Of a stretch of 64,000 nt of DNA, positions 28,983-39,747 are shown piece by piece (position 1 is the stretch's first letter; every line of letters starts with the position of its first letter). This DNA is from Botryllus schlosseri. Its lineage: Eukaryota. Below the pieces are notes generated by a model. The model did no database searches. It was not told the origin of the DNA and was given only the letters and a program-made list of their open reading frames with translations. A program made the position numbers and the translations under genes. The stretch lies in NCBI GenBank assembly GCA_051294905.1, contig CM119371.1:6076001-6140000 (forward strand). The letters run 5' to 3'.

Positions 28983-29054
28983 TGGAGAATACGGGAATTG
29001 AACCCGTGACCTACTGTTTGCAAGACAGCCGCTCTGCCGCTGAGCTAAATCCCC
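28983..29054 (-). tRNA. tRNA-Ala(UGC)
   Basis: GGGGATT TA GCTC AGCGGCA GAGC G GCTGT CTTGCAA ACAGT AGGTC ACGGG TTCAATT CCCGT ATTCTCC A; complete cloverleaf, G3:U70, A73; TTTTT 3 nt downstream. Confidence 0.92.
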
Positions 29055-29077
29055 AAGTGATAGTGACGGCTTAAGTG

Positions 29078-29377
29078 TTAGTTTTCAACAGTAGCATTAG
29101 CAAATTTAAGAGATAGCTCTACTGTAGCCGTTGACTTGAAAACAACTCGATGTTCTTCTTTCGTTACTTCAGTATCGTATATCTTCATTGTTTTTCTTTC
29201 GTCATGATCACATGGTACCAGCTCTGTATAATTACATCCTTCACATTCTACTATAGTGAAAGGATACGATATTTCAACTGAATCCACACCAAGCATTTTC
29301 ATACATTTCGAATATACTATCCATGATACGGTCTTGGATCCAATAAACTTATTACCGTTTATTCGCACGGAACCCAT
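29078..29377 (-). CDS. Orphan protein (99 aa)
   Basis: ATG at 29377 (MGSVRINGNKF...), TATAAA ~40 nt upstream, CEGC/C motif. Confidence 0.55.
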   Translation of the reverse strand: MGSVRINGNKFIGSKTVSWIVYSKCMKMLGVDSVEISYPFTIVECEGCNYTELVPCDHDERKTMKIYDTEVTKEEHRVVFKSTATVELSLKFANATVEN

Positions 29378-29414
29378 GATGTAAATATAACAAATAGTAA
29401 CTGCGATTGAGCCT

Positions 29415-29900
29415 TTATAAGTGATACCACGTGACAAAATGCTTCCATCCGCCATTTTCTTCAATCCACTTTAGTTTCCTAGTAGCAATGTAATTCCCGA
29501 CTGTTTGTATGATAGCATCTATATGCCTGCTATTATTGCGAGCAAGTATGCCGCCAAGCACATAGAGAGACACAATCCGACCCCAATTTTCTTGATTATC
29601 TTTGAACCTTCCATCGGCTATCATCAGGAACATTCGCTCAACGGGTGAATATTCTTTATCTTTCTCATTGACTTCAATATCACTATAACGAATGCGCTTG
29701 GAGACTGCGTTTAGGATGGTTCGATATCGCTCAAATATTTCATTAGCAACTCGTCGTAAGGTTTTCTCCACCTGCGTATTTGCTTTAACGCTTGAGCCGT
29801 CGATTTCATACATGATAAAATTTCTAGCTAAGGAATATGCCGTGGATATAATTTCATCCTTTTCTTCAGTGAGCGCAGGTGATACTCGCAATAACGCCAT
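29415..29900 (-). CDS. Bcl-2 family protein without C-terminal TM anchor (161 aa)
   Basis: BH4-like LARNFIMY, BH3-like LRRVANEI, BH1 NWGRIVSLYVLGG, BH2 WIEENGGWKHF; GCCATGG start context. Confidence 0.93.
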   Translation of the reverse strand: MALLRVSPALTEEKDEIISTAYSLARNFIMYEIDGSSVKANTQVEKTLRRVANEIFERYRTILNAVSKRIRYSDIEVNEKDKEYSPVERMFLMIADGRFKDNQENWGRIVSLYVLGGILARNNSRHIDAIIQTVGNYIATRKLKWIEENGGWKHFVTWYHL

Positions 29901-29954
29901 GGCTCTGAAGATAACAGTGAGCTCATGTGTACCAACCAAGTCAACGCAATACTT

Positions 29955-30012
29955 TTATAAGTGATACTACGCCACAAAATGCTTCCATCCGCCATTTTGT
30001 TCTATTCAATTT
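29955..30012 (-). pseudogene. Remnant C-terminus of a second Bcl-2 paralog
   Basis: 50/57 nt identical to the Bcl-2 3' end; reads N*IEQNGGWKHFVA*YHL*. Confidence 0.8.
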
Positions 30013-30337
30013 CTCAAGTTTTTCACGTGCGAACCTATACCAGTTTATCGGGTCAATCCGATTCATTATGACGTATATATCATTAGCAGTAATCTTGGAC
30101 ATATTCGATCTACAGCGCACAGCGAATAAATAATGAAGGTAATCAACTTACGCAATAATGATGTCATAATATCTCAGCGTTACTGAACTGGAACTATGCT
30201 ATCTCTCACACAACCAAAACCTCTCTCGTTTGGAAACACACCCATAATGTTCTGCGTTCTGATTGGCTAAGAGATGTCACGTAATTAAATACTCTAAGCC
30301 CATTGGTCCGCACCGCGATGCACTATCTATTACTACT
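30013..30337 (-). repeat. Right terminal inverted repeat (325 bp)
   Basis: Inverted copy of 12352-12677. Confidence 0.97.
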
Positions 30338-30343
30338 CCTGGG

Positions 30344-31030
30344 TCTTGCGATCAGCGTTCACGTTTGAGTCATTTGATTTCTTTATTAGATGAAGGGAAG
30401 ACATCAACTGCTGATGGCTGCGGAGGTGAACCTCCATCCTGTAGCACCACTTCGATCAAGTCTAGTCAAGGTGCCTGTGTTATGTAGAAGTGTGCGAGAT
30501 TGACTGTTTCTTGAATTGTAGTGACTACTTGATAGAATTGTTAGGTTACCTAATTTAAGGCTGCTGGTTCAATTTAATCCAATAGCCGCATTGCTAGGAG
30601 AGACGAAAGTTATTCATGACTTGATAATAAATTTCAAAATTTTATTCATAATCCATGAAATTGACATTGACATGTCTGTAGAAACAATGATCACCGAATA
30701 TGGTCCAATTCCGACTAGTGGAAGCGGAGTTATTTTCTAATTAAGAAATTTAGATTTGAAAAAAATAGTTTTTACCCTGGCACATTCCGAAGTATTTACC
30801 AATATAGTTCTTAGTCAAATTCATTAGGTAACCCAACAATTGTAGCAAGTACAATTTGACAGAAAAAGTCCTTTTTGAACACCCTTGTGTCCTGCGATGA
30901 TCATTCACGTTTGAGTCATTTGATTTCTTTATTAGATGAAGGGAAGACATCAACTGCTGATGGATGCGAAGGTGAACCTGCATCCTGTAGCACCACTGTG
31001 ATCAAGTCTATTCAAGGTGGGGTGTTCTGA
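30344..31030. repeat. Local duplication (~545-bp offset) of the Polinton target region
   Basis: 30344-30480 closely resembles 30889-31025, and 30800-30888 resembles the left flank 12270-12351. Confidence 0.8.
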
Positions 31031-31953
31031 AGGAGTGTGCAAATATGACTTTTTTTTTTAAAATTTTAGTGGCTACTTAACTACAACGTGATCTAAGCTA
31101 TCAATAGATTCCGATATTGCGTGTTCTCGAGCAATATGGAAAGAAGCTTCCAACAGCTCCCACGACTTACTAAACAATTTGTTGTGATTGAATTCTATTC
31201 ATTGATCATCATTTTTCCAAAATCTGGTTTTCCCAAACCCTAATCCATGTGAATGTCTGATCGTTGTCACGCTTTTCTTTCTTGAAGAAATTGACTGCCC
31301 ATGCAGTTTATACTCTGTTTCTGCGCGGTGGAATCGAGTTAAATTAGCTTTGCATCGTTTTTGATCACAAATCAACAATTTCGTGGGATTGACAGAAATT
31401 TTTTAATAATATAATTTAAATTGGCTCTGCTGCGGCTTATTCTAGGATTGAATGAAATTTGGTGTGCAGCGTTTTAAGGGTAACCTAGTAATTTGATCAA
31501 TGAATGGCTATAATTCCGAAAAAAAAATCCTTTTTAACGTCTCTAATACTGACCAGGAATCTGAAAGCAACATACCTTCTTATCGCAAATTACATGGAGT
31601 TGCATTTAAATATCTCTCTCAAAATTTGGCGTCGTTCTGAACAATTGCAACCACTTTAGCGTTGCTTTTATAGATTGGTGATCAGTATTAGGGTCGTTAA
31701 AAATAGGCAGTGGCTATTCGTCCGGAACCGGATGAATAGCCCACAGCCATAGTCCAGGCTAGTCGTCCGGAACTTTGTGACGTAACTAAGCACCGCCAGC
31801 ATATGATGTGTGACGTAATTATGCGCCGCCAGCATACTGACGTTGCTGAGTTGACGGACATCGGCTCGGCTGCGTTTGCGTTTAGTTTATCGCTGTATAT
31901 TACCGAAACATAACACCGTCGCTGGTTACCTATCTCTACTAATGTCCAAACAA

Positions 31954-32100
31954 GGGAACTCTAGCGTAATGGTGACTTCCGCCACCTACAACGCTAGCGG
32001 TTTGGGTTCAATTACCAGAGGATTATTTGGGCTACTTTAGTTAGCCCAGTGTTACTCGGTCCTAAGTCGTCGATAAGCGCAGAGAGAGACTAGTTGAAGG
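31954..32100 (+). repeat. tRNA-derived SINE-like head
   Basis: A-box-like TAGCGTAATGG and B-box-like GGTTCAATT without a valid cloverleaf. Confidence 0.35.
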
Positions 32101-32482
32101 ACCGGAACTATAGAGATTGTACAATCCTACAATCTCTATACCGGAACAAAGAATCGAATGAAAACGAGAAAGTAAGGGCTATCTGAAAATGGAAGACGCG
32201 ACAAGATCAAGATCATGCCTACACGAAGCTGAGGTGAAAACCGGATTGAGATACTATGGTCTTCCGGCATCCTAATGTCTGTTCTGTTCATTACATCGCA
32301 TTATGTCCTGTATATCGCATTTTACGTGTGTGTATTTGAAAATGTATGACCCGACGATAATTACTACGAAATTGAATTACAAGCACCGCGTGATCAAATA
32401 TAACGTGCATTCTATACTTCATAAAATTGACAGATTGGATTGGCGATTGGAGGATCCACGTAGGACGTAGGTACACTACGAG

Positions 32483-33494
32483 CAGAGATGCCACTCCTGT
32501 TTTTTTCCACCCAGATCTGGGTTTTTTGAGCATCACGTGGGTTTCTGGATTTCTATCCTTGAAATTTGGGTTTTTTCAACATCCAGTTCGCCATTGTCGA
32601 TGGATTTTGCTGTTATTGTAACGACAAAGTGTTGAGAATCTATTTCACTACTAAAATAAGAGGCTTCCGCTTGATGCGATGGAGCTTCATTGAATGGTAA
32701 CTTCCAGGTCGCAGAAAGTCATGTTCATATCGGACGATTGTCAGTAGCGAACTCGGCACTTGGTGAACAATTCGGCATGTATCGATAAATATCATGTAAC
32801 TGTATGGTATGCACAAGCACAGGAACAGACCAAGTGATGATTCGACTAATATAATCCTATTGTTATCTGAGTATATTTATAGTTCCAACAGGGACACTCA
32901 GAGAGAGAGAGAGAGTTAGTTAGTTGGACACCCCTAGCAAGTTAATCAGAGGCATTGGTTGTCAGCACATTCGAACCCTAACCCTAACCCTGAATTTAAT
33001 GATTTGGCAGTTACGGTATTTATTTTCACTATACGTTGGTCTGTGATTATTCCAAATAAAAGTGATTGCCGTAGGATTGATCAATCGAAAGCTACTTTCA
33101 ATCTGTCCAGGTCGCTGAAAATACATGAAATCATCCTTAGAAATAGGGAATGGATGGCATTGCATTGAACTTTCGCAGCGCGATGATATAATTAGTACCG
33201 GTACACTATTAAGTATTCACGCTGCGCCCCAATTGTTTCATTGCGATGTGTCGAGAGGAAAACAACATTTTTTTGTGCGATTCGCAGTATTAACCAAGCA
33301 AAATGTGTATTATGAACTGTTGTAAATTCAATATCAAAGGCTTCAATGACTATGTATGAGTATATTCGACGACTATCAGGCTCCACTTTCACAGCTATCT
33401 CGTGTCTTTTGAGTGAAATATAGGATCTGGGTTTTTCTGGGTTTATTTCGCCTCCACATCTGGGTTTTTCCGAAATATATCAGTGGCATCTCTG
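32483..33494. mobile_element. hAT MITE nested in the 31706 element
   Basis: TIRs CAGAGATGCCACT / AGTGGCATCTCTG; perfect 8-bp TSD ACTACGAG. Confidence 0.9.
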
Positions 33495-35327
33495 ACTACG
33501 AGTAGTAAGAAGACTCTGGCAGTTATCGCAGTTGCTCTTTATCACAATACCATCTAATAACTCCTGCATGAACTGAACACTGATTATTTCGCATTCGTTT
33601 CTATGATGATCTCAGGATCCTTTCGCTACAGCGCGACTGTAGACTTTTGTCTTTGCTTGCGATAGTTTTTGTATACTTTTTGTTGATCCTAATGTGTAAT
33701 TGTATGGCAACGTGTCTGTAATACCATCGAGATGCCGTCATCAGTCAATGAAGAGGAATTGGTCGTTGTACATGAGGTACTGAATACAGTCATCCACAAC
33801 GCGATATATCCCGGGTTACGATATATATCTTCATCTTTTAGCAGACGTGCTGGACTGGAAAGATAGAGATTAAAACAGGTCGAGTTGAACCAGTGTCCAA
33901 ATATCAGGTCTAATATCAGTTCAGTTCGGTTTATTAGCATTTTTTATCAGTTCAATGCACTACAAAAATTGATTTTGGGAGAAGACGGCGATTATTTATT
34001 GTTAAGTCTGCAAAGCAGAGGTAGCATAGCAGAGATGCGGTACTTTGCTTAAATTTTTCTTCGGATGGTAGCCTACCATCGCATAGCAGAGGACAATGTT
34101 GGACTGGAAATCATTGCACTGCACAATGTACCGCGTGCTCACTGCTCATGCTCACGCATCGTGTACTGTGTCTTTTAGATTCACTGTGTGCTGCCATATA
34201 AACAACGTATTAGATATATTTAAGAGCATGGCGCTATTGTGTACCGATAACCTAAACACATGAACAGCCGAAGTCTGTCAATACTCAATCATGCCAGTAT
34301 GCAGTATGTTGGTTTTTAACAGTTACGTCACACAAAGCATTTATTTCGAATAGTTACGTCACACGGTTCCGGACGAATAGGCTGGACTATGGCTGCGGGC
34401 TATTCGTCCGGTTCCGGACGAATAGCCACTGCCTTAAAAATAATCTTTTTCTTGATTTCTTCAAGAAGTGAAGACGGAGTTGCGTATCTGTCCTTATAGG
34501 TTCGTTATCTTTAGTAAAGTGGGTCACTGCTAAAAGAAAGTTTGGCTTTTCGCTTTTTTTTATCCGTTTAGTCATTTGGACTATCAACACGCAAATAAAG
34601 TTGGTTGCTAAATTGAATCAATGATTTATACCAATATTCGCTGAGGATTTGTGAGGTATGAGAACCTGTTTGGAGGGCTCGAGGTTGGAGATATGTATGC
34701 ACCGAGTAGACCAACATCGACAGGCGGACATTGTTACGCCACAATACGAGCGCCGACTTCACTTCTCCGTTTTCACGAGATGTTGCTAAGTTACGTCAGA
34801 CAAAGAGCGCAAAGAGTGGCCGTGGGACAAAGAACGCAGCTGATGTAAGCTACTGCAAAGTGTACCTGAATGCTACGCCATATTTCAAGTCTCCCATGGA
34901 TTCCCGGTTAATTGGTTCACTCCCGACAATATGTAATTAAATCTGTACGAAATTGTGATATTAGAACACCGGCTATCCGTATAAAGCAAAGTGATTTTCA
35001 TATACTATTTTTATCAATATTGCATGTTTGAGATTTATATCATGAATTTGCGAAAAATATGTGAAATTCGTCCTAACAAAATAATATATATTTTCAGGTT
35101 TCCTAAATCTTCTCAAGTTCTGGATTTCATGACAATGCGGTTTTCTGTGGTAGAATTTATAATAGATTGCTCATGTGCAATTGTATCCAGCGAGTGGTTA
35201 TTTCAATCTGATGCTGATAAAGTAAGTTTGTCTTATGGCTAGCTAGCTCTGACGATCCTCACCTTCTAATTTTTTAGACATTGTGCTGTCATTGGCCAGG
35301 GACAGTTAAATCCGCTCAGTATGCTCA

Positions 35328-38262
35328 GAAGGATATCCTGCCCAATGCGCAGACATGGGATAATTATACAGTTCGCAAATTATATGAGACTGAGAGCTTA
35401 TGATATAGTGTATACAATATATACATGCAGTTAATAACAAGCAGTAGTATTGATTTCGATTTGCGTACTTTAAACAAGTAGATGGGTTGCATGACCACAG
35501 AAGAGGTGGCTTATTTTGTAACTGCTATGTGCATTTTCGCGACACGTGTATCATGATTAATGACTCTACAAATAGGTGCTGGTGCTGATCTGCATATGCA
35601 TAGTTGTTATCTACAGAGTGGAAGTACTCTGTATCCTCTGCCTATCCTTGATTAATTAGTGCAAGTAGGCCAGGCTTACTCGGACGCTTTAGGAAAGTAC
35701 AAGTACATGGTTGCTGACCACTTCTGTGTCTATACTTCGTCCACTCTGTTCCACTTTTTTTCAGACACGTACGCTGCTGCACTCGTAGCGAATAAGAGAG
35801 CGGAGTCCACATCCGCACTCGAGAGTGATACGTTAATATCGCGAAAGAGAAAAATTAAAAAGAAAAAGCATCCTGAATTTTCCTATGGGTTGGCAAATAC
35901 ATCCACAGGTTTGTGGTATTCTTGTCAATAGTCCAGGTTCCCAGTTCAACCACCTTCATATCCTATAATAATTACTGACCACAGCCTGGATTACAATCAA
36001 ATCTACATTTAACTTTATATTTTATCTTGATTTAAAATGTTCAGATGTCGATGACGAGGAAGCCAACCAACAACCTTTGCCACTTAAGCGCCAGAATACC
36101 GCTGATTCATCTGATAGTGCGGCACCGATATGGCCTCAGTTACCTGAAAGCATCAGTGAACCAGAGATGAAACAGAGAAAAATGAATTCTTCTGGAGACG
36201 CAGAAATTCTAGATAGCGATTCCTCTGGTATGCTAAAATCATATTATTTTTGATTTTATGCTTCTATGTGTCTACCTTCATTTGTAGTATAAAAATAAAT
36301 AATGAATCCATAATGTCAGTGTTATTCCAATTACTACTTCTGCAGATGATGAAGATCCTGACAATGAGGTAGCTCCTGCTGATACTTCAGTTCAGTCGCA
36401 ACCATCATTGTCTACTTCAAAACAACGTTCACAGTTACCCTCCAAGGAGAAACGGGGAGTTTTGTGTTATAATTTTTTTTAAAAACCATTCGATATGCGA
36501 CTTTGTACTTTCTTCAGTCACATCAACACCAAGACGTACTGATCGCCACCGAATAGAAACGATGTTGGAAGGTTCGTTTGAAATATTTCTATTCCGGAGC
36601 TGTTTACTGCAGTAAGTATAATTACCACTGTTGGGATGACTCGAGTCATGACTTGACTCGAGTCAACTTTTTCGGATGACTTGACTTGACTCGAGTCACT
36701 TCGGGAAAATCACTTGACTTGACTTGACTCGGAGCTTCAAAAATGGGCATTGACTCGTGACTCGGAGCAAAATCTACGAGTCAATTTCAAGTCATCAAGT
36801 AAACGGTGTCGAATAAATCACTGTATACTGTGTATGTTCGGATTGTTCGAGATACGCCGGTGTCGCAAACTAAACGATCACAGCTTACGTTGTCGAAGTT
36901 GTAGTACATGATTAATCTATACAGCAATGTATCTCCGTTTCTTAGACGACTCAATGCTTACGTTGCACAGTGCTCACATTTACCAACCCTCTTGTATGAT
37001 GTAAATCGAACAAATATAGTTTTTGCGTTTATATTCTCACGGATGTGTAGAGGGGTAGTGTATTAGGATGTTGTACCATATCAATTTGTTCCAACTTCTC
37101 GAAGCTTCGTATTAGGTCCTATATTTTGGCTGATAATAACTGACCGTAGCACGTAGATGTACAGTTACTCGCGTATTTTATTAGCACTTCCACGTGTGCG
37201 TTGAGGAATACAACGTCTTTTTGCATGTTTATCTAGAGGACGTATGGTAAAAGCCTAGTTTAACTAGATATTCGTCATTTGATACAAGATAACTGGTCAA
37301 TTATTCTGTCTTTCAAACAGCTAGCAAAATGTAATGACTTTGAATCATCACTCATAATTCGAAAATTCAATTTGACTTGAATTGTGACTTGACTCGTGAC
37401 TTGACTTGACTTGACTCGAGTCACTTCCAAAAAACGAGTGACTTGACTTGACTCGAGTCAACTTTGAAAATCAATTGACTTGACTTGACTCGAGTCAAAA
37501 TCTGCAGTGACTCGATATGACTCGTGACTCGAAGGTAGTGACTTGATCCCAACACTGATAATTGCTAAAGCCACTGGTTTTCAAACAAGTATGCAATTGC
37601 TAATATATAATGTCAAGTGATCAATTTACCGAATGTCTCTTTGTGTAATTGTTCGTTCACTGGAAAATGCTACTAGAACTTCAATTTCCAAGGATTATAA
37701 TTTGAATAGCTGGTTCGTGGTACAGAACTTGAATATAGCTTTCAATACAACATCCATTGTAACAGAATATTTATTACACTCGAAGACTTTTCGTTAACTC
37801 TTGAAAAGAGGCACCCGAAAAGTCTTCGAGTTTAATAAATATTCTGTTGCAATGGATGTTGTATTGAAAGATATAATTTGAGATCTATTTTCATTATTTT
37901 TTCCATTACTTGTTTTGCCAGGTATCGTATTTGTCGCTGGTTGGTGGACGAGATGTAAAGGCTACAATTCGAGAGGTGCTGAAAAAGATTGCAACAAAAC
38001 GTCTTCTCATTCAATATTCCAAGAATGGACAGAAAGGAAAGAAACGCTTTAAGACCATAAGATCATCTATAGCCTTTTGCTCTGTAAGTATTGAATTTTT
38101 AGGGCAAGGACCCAGACAGCGGGAATTGTAATTAAGCAGCTCTAACCCTATATTCCTGTCACTGTAGGTACATGCAGAAAGGCCCACGGCAAAGCAACGA
38201 TGCAAGAAATAGAAACTGCGATTAGTGAAGTCCTGAAGTCCTACAATCGTTTTTTCGAGAAG
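35328..38262 (+). pseudogene. Multi-exon DUF4806-like gene, probably defective
   Basis: Exon peptides TWDNYTVRKLYET, TYAAAL...ESTSALESD...RKRKIKK, LSLVGGRDVKATIREVLKK...YSKNGQKGKKRF, ATMQEIETAISEVLK; splice-phase conflict between the last two exons. Confidence 0.55.
36626..37557. mobile_element. hAT non-autonomous element, AAGTC/GACTC-rich ends
   Basis: TIRs CA(C)TGTTGGGAT / ATCCCAACACTG; TSD ATAATTAC / ATAATTGC. Confidence 0.88.
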
Positions 38263-38823
38263 GTACGCAGTTCGCTGTTGGTTAATCATTCTGTTATACC
38301 CCAGCTGGTGTTAAGTGCATTAAATTACAATGAATAAAATGTTCATTGGTGCTCGATAGTATTAAATTATTCTGCTGTACACAAGATTTAGGTCATTGTA
38401 TTGTTTTTGAAGTTAGTCGTACATATATACTGTTCTACGAAGTCCTAGTCCGTAACAATGAACTTCTTGCAGAAATCAAGATCACCTAATGGAAGCATGG
38501 CCGATGAAGAATTAGTGGTGGATGAGGTATGCATTGCCTGGTTTTAATATGAAATCATGCTGAATTTTACAATGTTGGTCCTTTTTGCACTTTAACACCT
38601 GATGGAGTGGCATTTCGAAAGCTTGTGTAATAAATAAAAATATTACTTTGCAAATGGACGTTAAATAATGTCTCTAAAAGCAACCAAGATCTGAATGTTG
38701 GTCCTGTCACACCATTTCCTTGCATATTCTTGCTATGGGATTCTATTTTTTCTGCTTTGCTTTTGAAACACAGCTCCTTTATCTCAATTTGATATGACAT
38801 AGTACAAGCTGGTCACCTATTTC

Positions 38824-39747
38824 CAGTGTTGGGATCAAGTCATTACCTTCGAGTCACGAGTCATTGCACATTTTGACTCGAGTCAAGTCAAGTCAATCGA
38901 TTTTCAAAGGTGACTCGAGTCAAGTTAAGTCACTCGATTTTTGGAGGTGACTCGAGTCAAGTCGAGTAAAGTCAAGTCAAGTCACGAGTCAAGTCATATT
39001 TCAAGTCAAGTTGCCTATAAGTATGAGGCATGATTACGTCATTGCAATTTGCTAGCTGTCTGAAATACAGATTGAGTGGTCATTGATTCCGAACCGATGA
39101 ACAAATATAGAGTTGAATACGCACGCAAGAAGACGCTGCGTCGCTCACATATACGTAGAACTATTAAACTACGTCATAACTGCATAGCCTCAGTTTATAG
39201 TTACCAGCCAAAATAGAGAATAGAGAAACGAATTGATAAGATGCAATACAATACCCATTTACAAATAGATATGATATAATTCGAGCATGCGTTGAGGACA
39301 ATATAAACTATATTCGAATTCATTCAAATAAAACAAGAGGTTTGGTAAAGGTAAAAGAACAGAGAACGGAAATAGACATTTTGCTATTTTATTGCTTTAC
39401 TACTAGAGTGAACGACAACGTAAGCTGTAAGCTTCGATCACTTCGTTTGCGGTCAATTTATTTATGAGAGAACAATCGCGGCTCAGTGAAACGCTCGATC
39501 ATTGAATGATTGGTCGCTTTCAAAGGTTACACCAGCGTTTCGCGAACAATCCGAACATATGCAAGATACAATGATTTTTATCGACACCGATTACTTGATG
39601 ACTTGTGGATTGACTCGTGACTCGGAGCAAAATTCACGTTTCAATCCACATTTCTGATATGTCAAGTCAAGTCAAGTCATTTTAGCAAAGTGACTCGAGT
39701 CAAGTCATGTGATACAAAAAAAAGTGACTCGAGTCATCCCAACACTG
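38824..39747. mobile_element. Second copy of the same hAT family, inverted
   Basis: TIRs CAGTGTTGGGAT / ATCCCAACACTG; perfect TSD CCTATTTC; interior is a diverged reverse complement of 36626-37557. Confidence 0.92.

Larger units (their letters stand above)
12352..30337. mobile_element. Polinton/Maverick (adintovirus-like endogenous virus), 17,986 bp
   Basis: TIRs, AGTAGT/ACTACT termini, perfect 6-bp TSD CCTGGG (12346-12351; 30338-30343), full core gene set. Confidence 0.98.
31706..34433. mobile_element. Non-autonomous DNA transposon with ~82-bp TIRs (superfamily unresolved)
   Basis: TIRs GGCAGTGGCTATTCGTCCGG...; flanks TTAAAAATA / TTAAAAAATA; decayed internal coding with KSNCDNC. Confidence 0.7.

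Noticed and set aside
12352-30337. Prophage or bacterial contamination
   Set aside because: 6-bp TSD, rve integrase, chromodomain, introns, AATAAA signals and animal death domains all indicate a eukaryotic Polinton.
31954-32025. Second tRNA gene
   Set aside because: A/B boxes only; acceptor and anticodon stems do not pair, so SINE-like.
36626-39747. (AAGTC)n/GACTCGAGTC clusters as CRISPR or iterons
   Set aside because: They are subterminal repeats of hAT elements with TIRs and 8-bp TSDs.
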